NCBI GenBank assembly: GCA_002633005.1
Contig: NMRA01000209.1
Span: forward strand, 190,950 to 254,949
Origin: Phoronis australis
Taxonomy: Eukaryota; Animalia; Phoronida
Reading direction: 5' to 3'
Length of the DNA stretch: 64,000 bases
Shown: positions 63,601-64,000 of the stretch, piece after piece
How positions within the stretch are numbered: position 1 is the first letter of the stretch
Layout of the letters: each line of letters opens with the position of its first letter
Translations under genes and position numbers: made by a program
The notes under the pieces: model-generated
What the model was told of the DNA's origin: nothing
Database searches by the model: none
The model's input: the letters and a program-made list of their open reading frames with translations, nothing else

Positions 63601-63913
63601 AAAATTTTCCGAATAGCCCCGTTTGCCAATGGAAAAACTCTGTTTGCTTGCGCACATGTTATCTGTGACATAAATTCTCTTTCATTACATGTAGGTTCAG
63701 TCAACTCCAGTTCTAACGCCAAGCAAGTTTACAACTCGCTTATGAACGGCATGAATAGTATGATGGACAGCATGACCGCCAGCGCCAAACGCGGTGATAT
63801 TGAAGTGAAAATGGGATACTCATCACTAAAGTTCCAGAACATAAGCTTTGACCCAGATTACCCTAAAATAGTGTGTAAACCCGGAAGTATTCTGCTGGAT
63901 AACAATCGCTGTG
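36106..63913 (+). CDS. SVEP1: Sushi, von Willebrand factor type A, EGF and pentraxin domain-containing protein 1-like (SVEP1/polydom), 5' part, 14 exons, continues past the window end
   Basis: Exons 36106-36609, 47582-47837, 50206-50382, 50998-51162, 52298-52477, 53361-53540, 53857-54051, 54284-54443, 55455-55543, 56681-56920, 57124-57312, 58341-58541, 59770-59844 and 63695-63913 are frame-consistent (943 codons). Domain order signal peptide, vWA ([12 protein letters not shown]; [14 protein letters not shown]; [16 protein letters not shown]), EGF, ephrin-receptor-like Cys repeat, 3 sushi, 2 HYR, sushi matches SVEP1. Confidence 0.92.
38706..39258. mobile_element. Non-autonomous TTAA-flanked TIR element (Kolobok-like) in SVEP1 intron 1
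   Basis: ttaa|agagtcctggaacgc ... gcgttccatgcctct|ttaa: 15-bp TIR with 2 mismatches, TTAA on both sides, AG...CT ends. Confidence 0.75.
39701..39834. mobile_element. Second tandem dimer of the ~70-bp palindromic MITE
   Basis: catgggcggcgcagcactgaaataag...ggtgcgcgccacccatg followed by a second unit starting at 39766; no clear TSD. Confidence 0.75.
43591..43663 (-). mobile_element. tRNA-derived sequence (SINE head or tRNA pseudogene)
   Basis: Minus strand reads gtctgttttagctctgctagcaaagtgccggtctgcgaatgctgaagtcggaggttcgaatctgtcttgggac, with A-box-like tagctctgctag and B-box ggttcgaatc at tRNA spacing. Acceptor and anticodon stems pair poorly. Confidence 0.6.
47582..47837 (+). CDS. SVEP1: SVEP1 exon 2 (vWA C-half)
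   Basis: Acceptor catttcag|; [29 protein letters not shown]...ALARRALHE; donor g|gtaatc. Confidence 0.92.
49494..49647 (+). mobile_element. hAT-type MITE, 154 bp, 8-bp TSD
   Basis: TIR cagtgctgtagtgg / ccactacacggagcactg; flanks aacacgag (49486-49493) and aacacgac (49648-49655); second copy at 33264. Confidence 0.8.
50206..50382 (+). CDS. SVEP1: SVEP1 exon 3 (EGF-like)
   Basis: Acceptor tttccttcgtag|; ...[25 protein letters not shown]; donor g|gtaccg. Confidence 0.9.
50998..51162 (+). CDS. SVEP1: SVEP1 exon 4 (ephrin-receptor-like Cys repeat)
   Basis: Acceptor tcttcag|; CPSGTYK...CVKCPD..H.S.PGST....CVCKKGF; donor g|gttagt. Confidence 0.9.
52298..52477 (+). CDS. SVEP1: SVEP1 exon 5 (sushi 1)
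   Basis: Acceptor tttcaag|; [59 protein letters not shown]; donor g|gtatgt. Confidence 0.88.
52701..52921. repeat. AT-rich palindromic element with a strong internal hairpin (SVEP1 intron 5)
   Basis: attacagtaataatcggactt (52722-52742) pairs with aagtccgatttattactgtaat (52769-52790); outer actggaataa / ttattccagt inverted pair. Confidence 0.65.
53361..53540 (+). CDS. SVEP1: SVEP1 exon 6 (sushi 2)
   Basis: Acceptor taattttcag|; ...[33 protein letters not shown]; donor g|gtaagt. Confidence 0.9.
53857..54051 (+). CDS. SVEP1: SVEP1 exon 7 (sushi 3)
   Basis: Pyrimidine tract then cgcaag|; [12 protein letters not shown]...[13 protein letters not shown]...PRCV; donor g|gtgaga. Confidence 0.88.
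54284..54443 (+). CDS. SVEP1: SVEP1 exon 8 (HYR 1, N-part)
   Basis: Acceptor gtttctag|; [13 protein letters not shown]...[13 protein letters not shown]; donor aa|gtaagc. Confidence 0.9.
54501..54837. mobile_element. Non-autonomous TIR element (Kolobok-like) in SVEP1 intron 8
   Basis: taaa|agggacactaaaccctgttt ... aagcagggtttagtgtcct|ttaa: about 19-bp TIR with TTAA-like flanks. Confidence 0.78.
55455..55543 (+). CDS. SVEP1: SVEP1 exon 9 (HYR 1, C-part)
   Basis: Acceptor tacttgcag|; [29 protein letters not shown]; donor g|gtatat. Confidence 0.9.
56681..56920 (+). CDS. SVEP1: SVEP1 exon 10 (HYR 2)
   Basis: Acceptor ttctccgtag|; [13 protein letters not shown]...[11 protein letters not shown]...[18 protein letters not shown]; donor g|gtaaat. 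Confidence 0.92.
57124..57312 (+). CDS. SVEP1: SVEP1 exon 11 (sushi 4)
   Basis: Acceptor gttttcag| (tandem CAGAAG); [13 protein letters not shown]...CEVACNENF...WRP..ISDCS; donor g|gtacat. Confidence 0.88.
58341..58541 (+). CDS. SVEP1: SVEP1 exon 12
   Basis: Acceptor ttctttacag|; open phase-1 exon ...[25 protein letters not shown]; donor g|gtaaga. Confidence 0.8.
59560..59622 (-). mobile_element. Single inverted copy of the ~70-bp palindromic MITE, 5-bp TSD
   Basis: cacgggcgacacaccatagg...ttttcagtgttgcgcctcccacg; ATTCC at 59555-59559 and 59623-59627. Confidence 0.72.
59770..59844 (+). CDS. SVEP1: SVEP1 exon 13 (75-nt exon with RRRR furin-type site; not in the ORF track)
   Basis: Acceptor ccattcgcag|; [25 protein letters not shown]; donor g|gtcagt; phase 1-1 fits the flanking exons. 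Confidence 0.7.
62641..63120 (+). mobile_element. Dispersed repeat of about 480 bp, copy 2 (Kolobok-like), SVEP1 intron 13
   Basis: Same orientation and extent as 33653-34128; starts ttaa|ggcagtgactttggcgaagaattccaactcc and ends gatgtaattgcc. Confidence 0.8.
63695..63913 (+). CDS. SVEP1: SVEP1 exon 14
   Basis: Acceptor cattacatgtag|; ...[17 protein letters not shown], resembling the SVEP1 segment before the next ephrin-like repeats; donor g|gtgagt. Confidence 0.82.
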
Positions 63914-64000
63914 GTGAGTTAGCAGTGTCATGGATTCAGTTTCAACACTGATCTGAATACTTTCATTATCAGTAGTATACATGTACTTTATAAAATAGTT

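Overview
Eukaryotic (metazoan) genomic DNA with GT-AG introns, AT-rich non-coding sequence and no obvious CpG depletion. It is probably a marine invertebrate such as a lophotrochozoan, which is an inference from gene content and repeat style only. Three + strand protein-coding loci are supported. (1) A small orphan ORF, 13460-13957 (165 aa), follows a splice acceptor; it has basic NLS-like clusters, many S/T-P sites and a C-terminal PLDLR (CtBP-type) motif. (2) A complete 7-exon NACHT + WD40 gene (NWD1/NWD2-like), 18881-31877, encodes about 1833 aa with a 4.2 kb last exon. Its N-terminal DUF4062/TIR-like motifs look degenerate, and it ends in a polybasic tail plus a CaaX box (CAIM). (3) The 5' 14 coding exons of an SVEP1/polydom-like gene (signal peptide, vWA, EGF, ephrin-receptor-like repeat, sushi, HYR) span 36106-63913 and run off the window. 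Introns and intergenic DNA hold many short non-autonomous DNA elements (CA...TG MITEs with 5-bp TSDs, an 8-bp-TSD hAT-type MITE, TTAA-flanked Kolobok-like elements) and a tRNA-derived SINE head. The palindrome TACATGTA is strongly over-represented. I found no rRNA, CRISPR or intact transposase. Most short ORFs in the supplied track are spurious or exon fragments. All exon boundaries were read by hand and checked for frame continuity; no database search was run.
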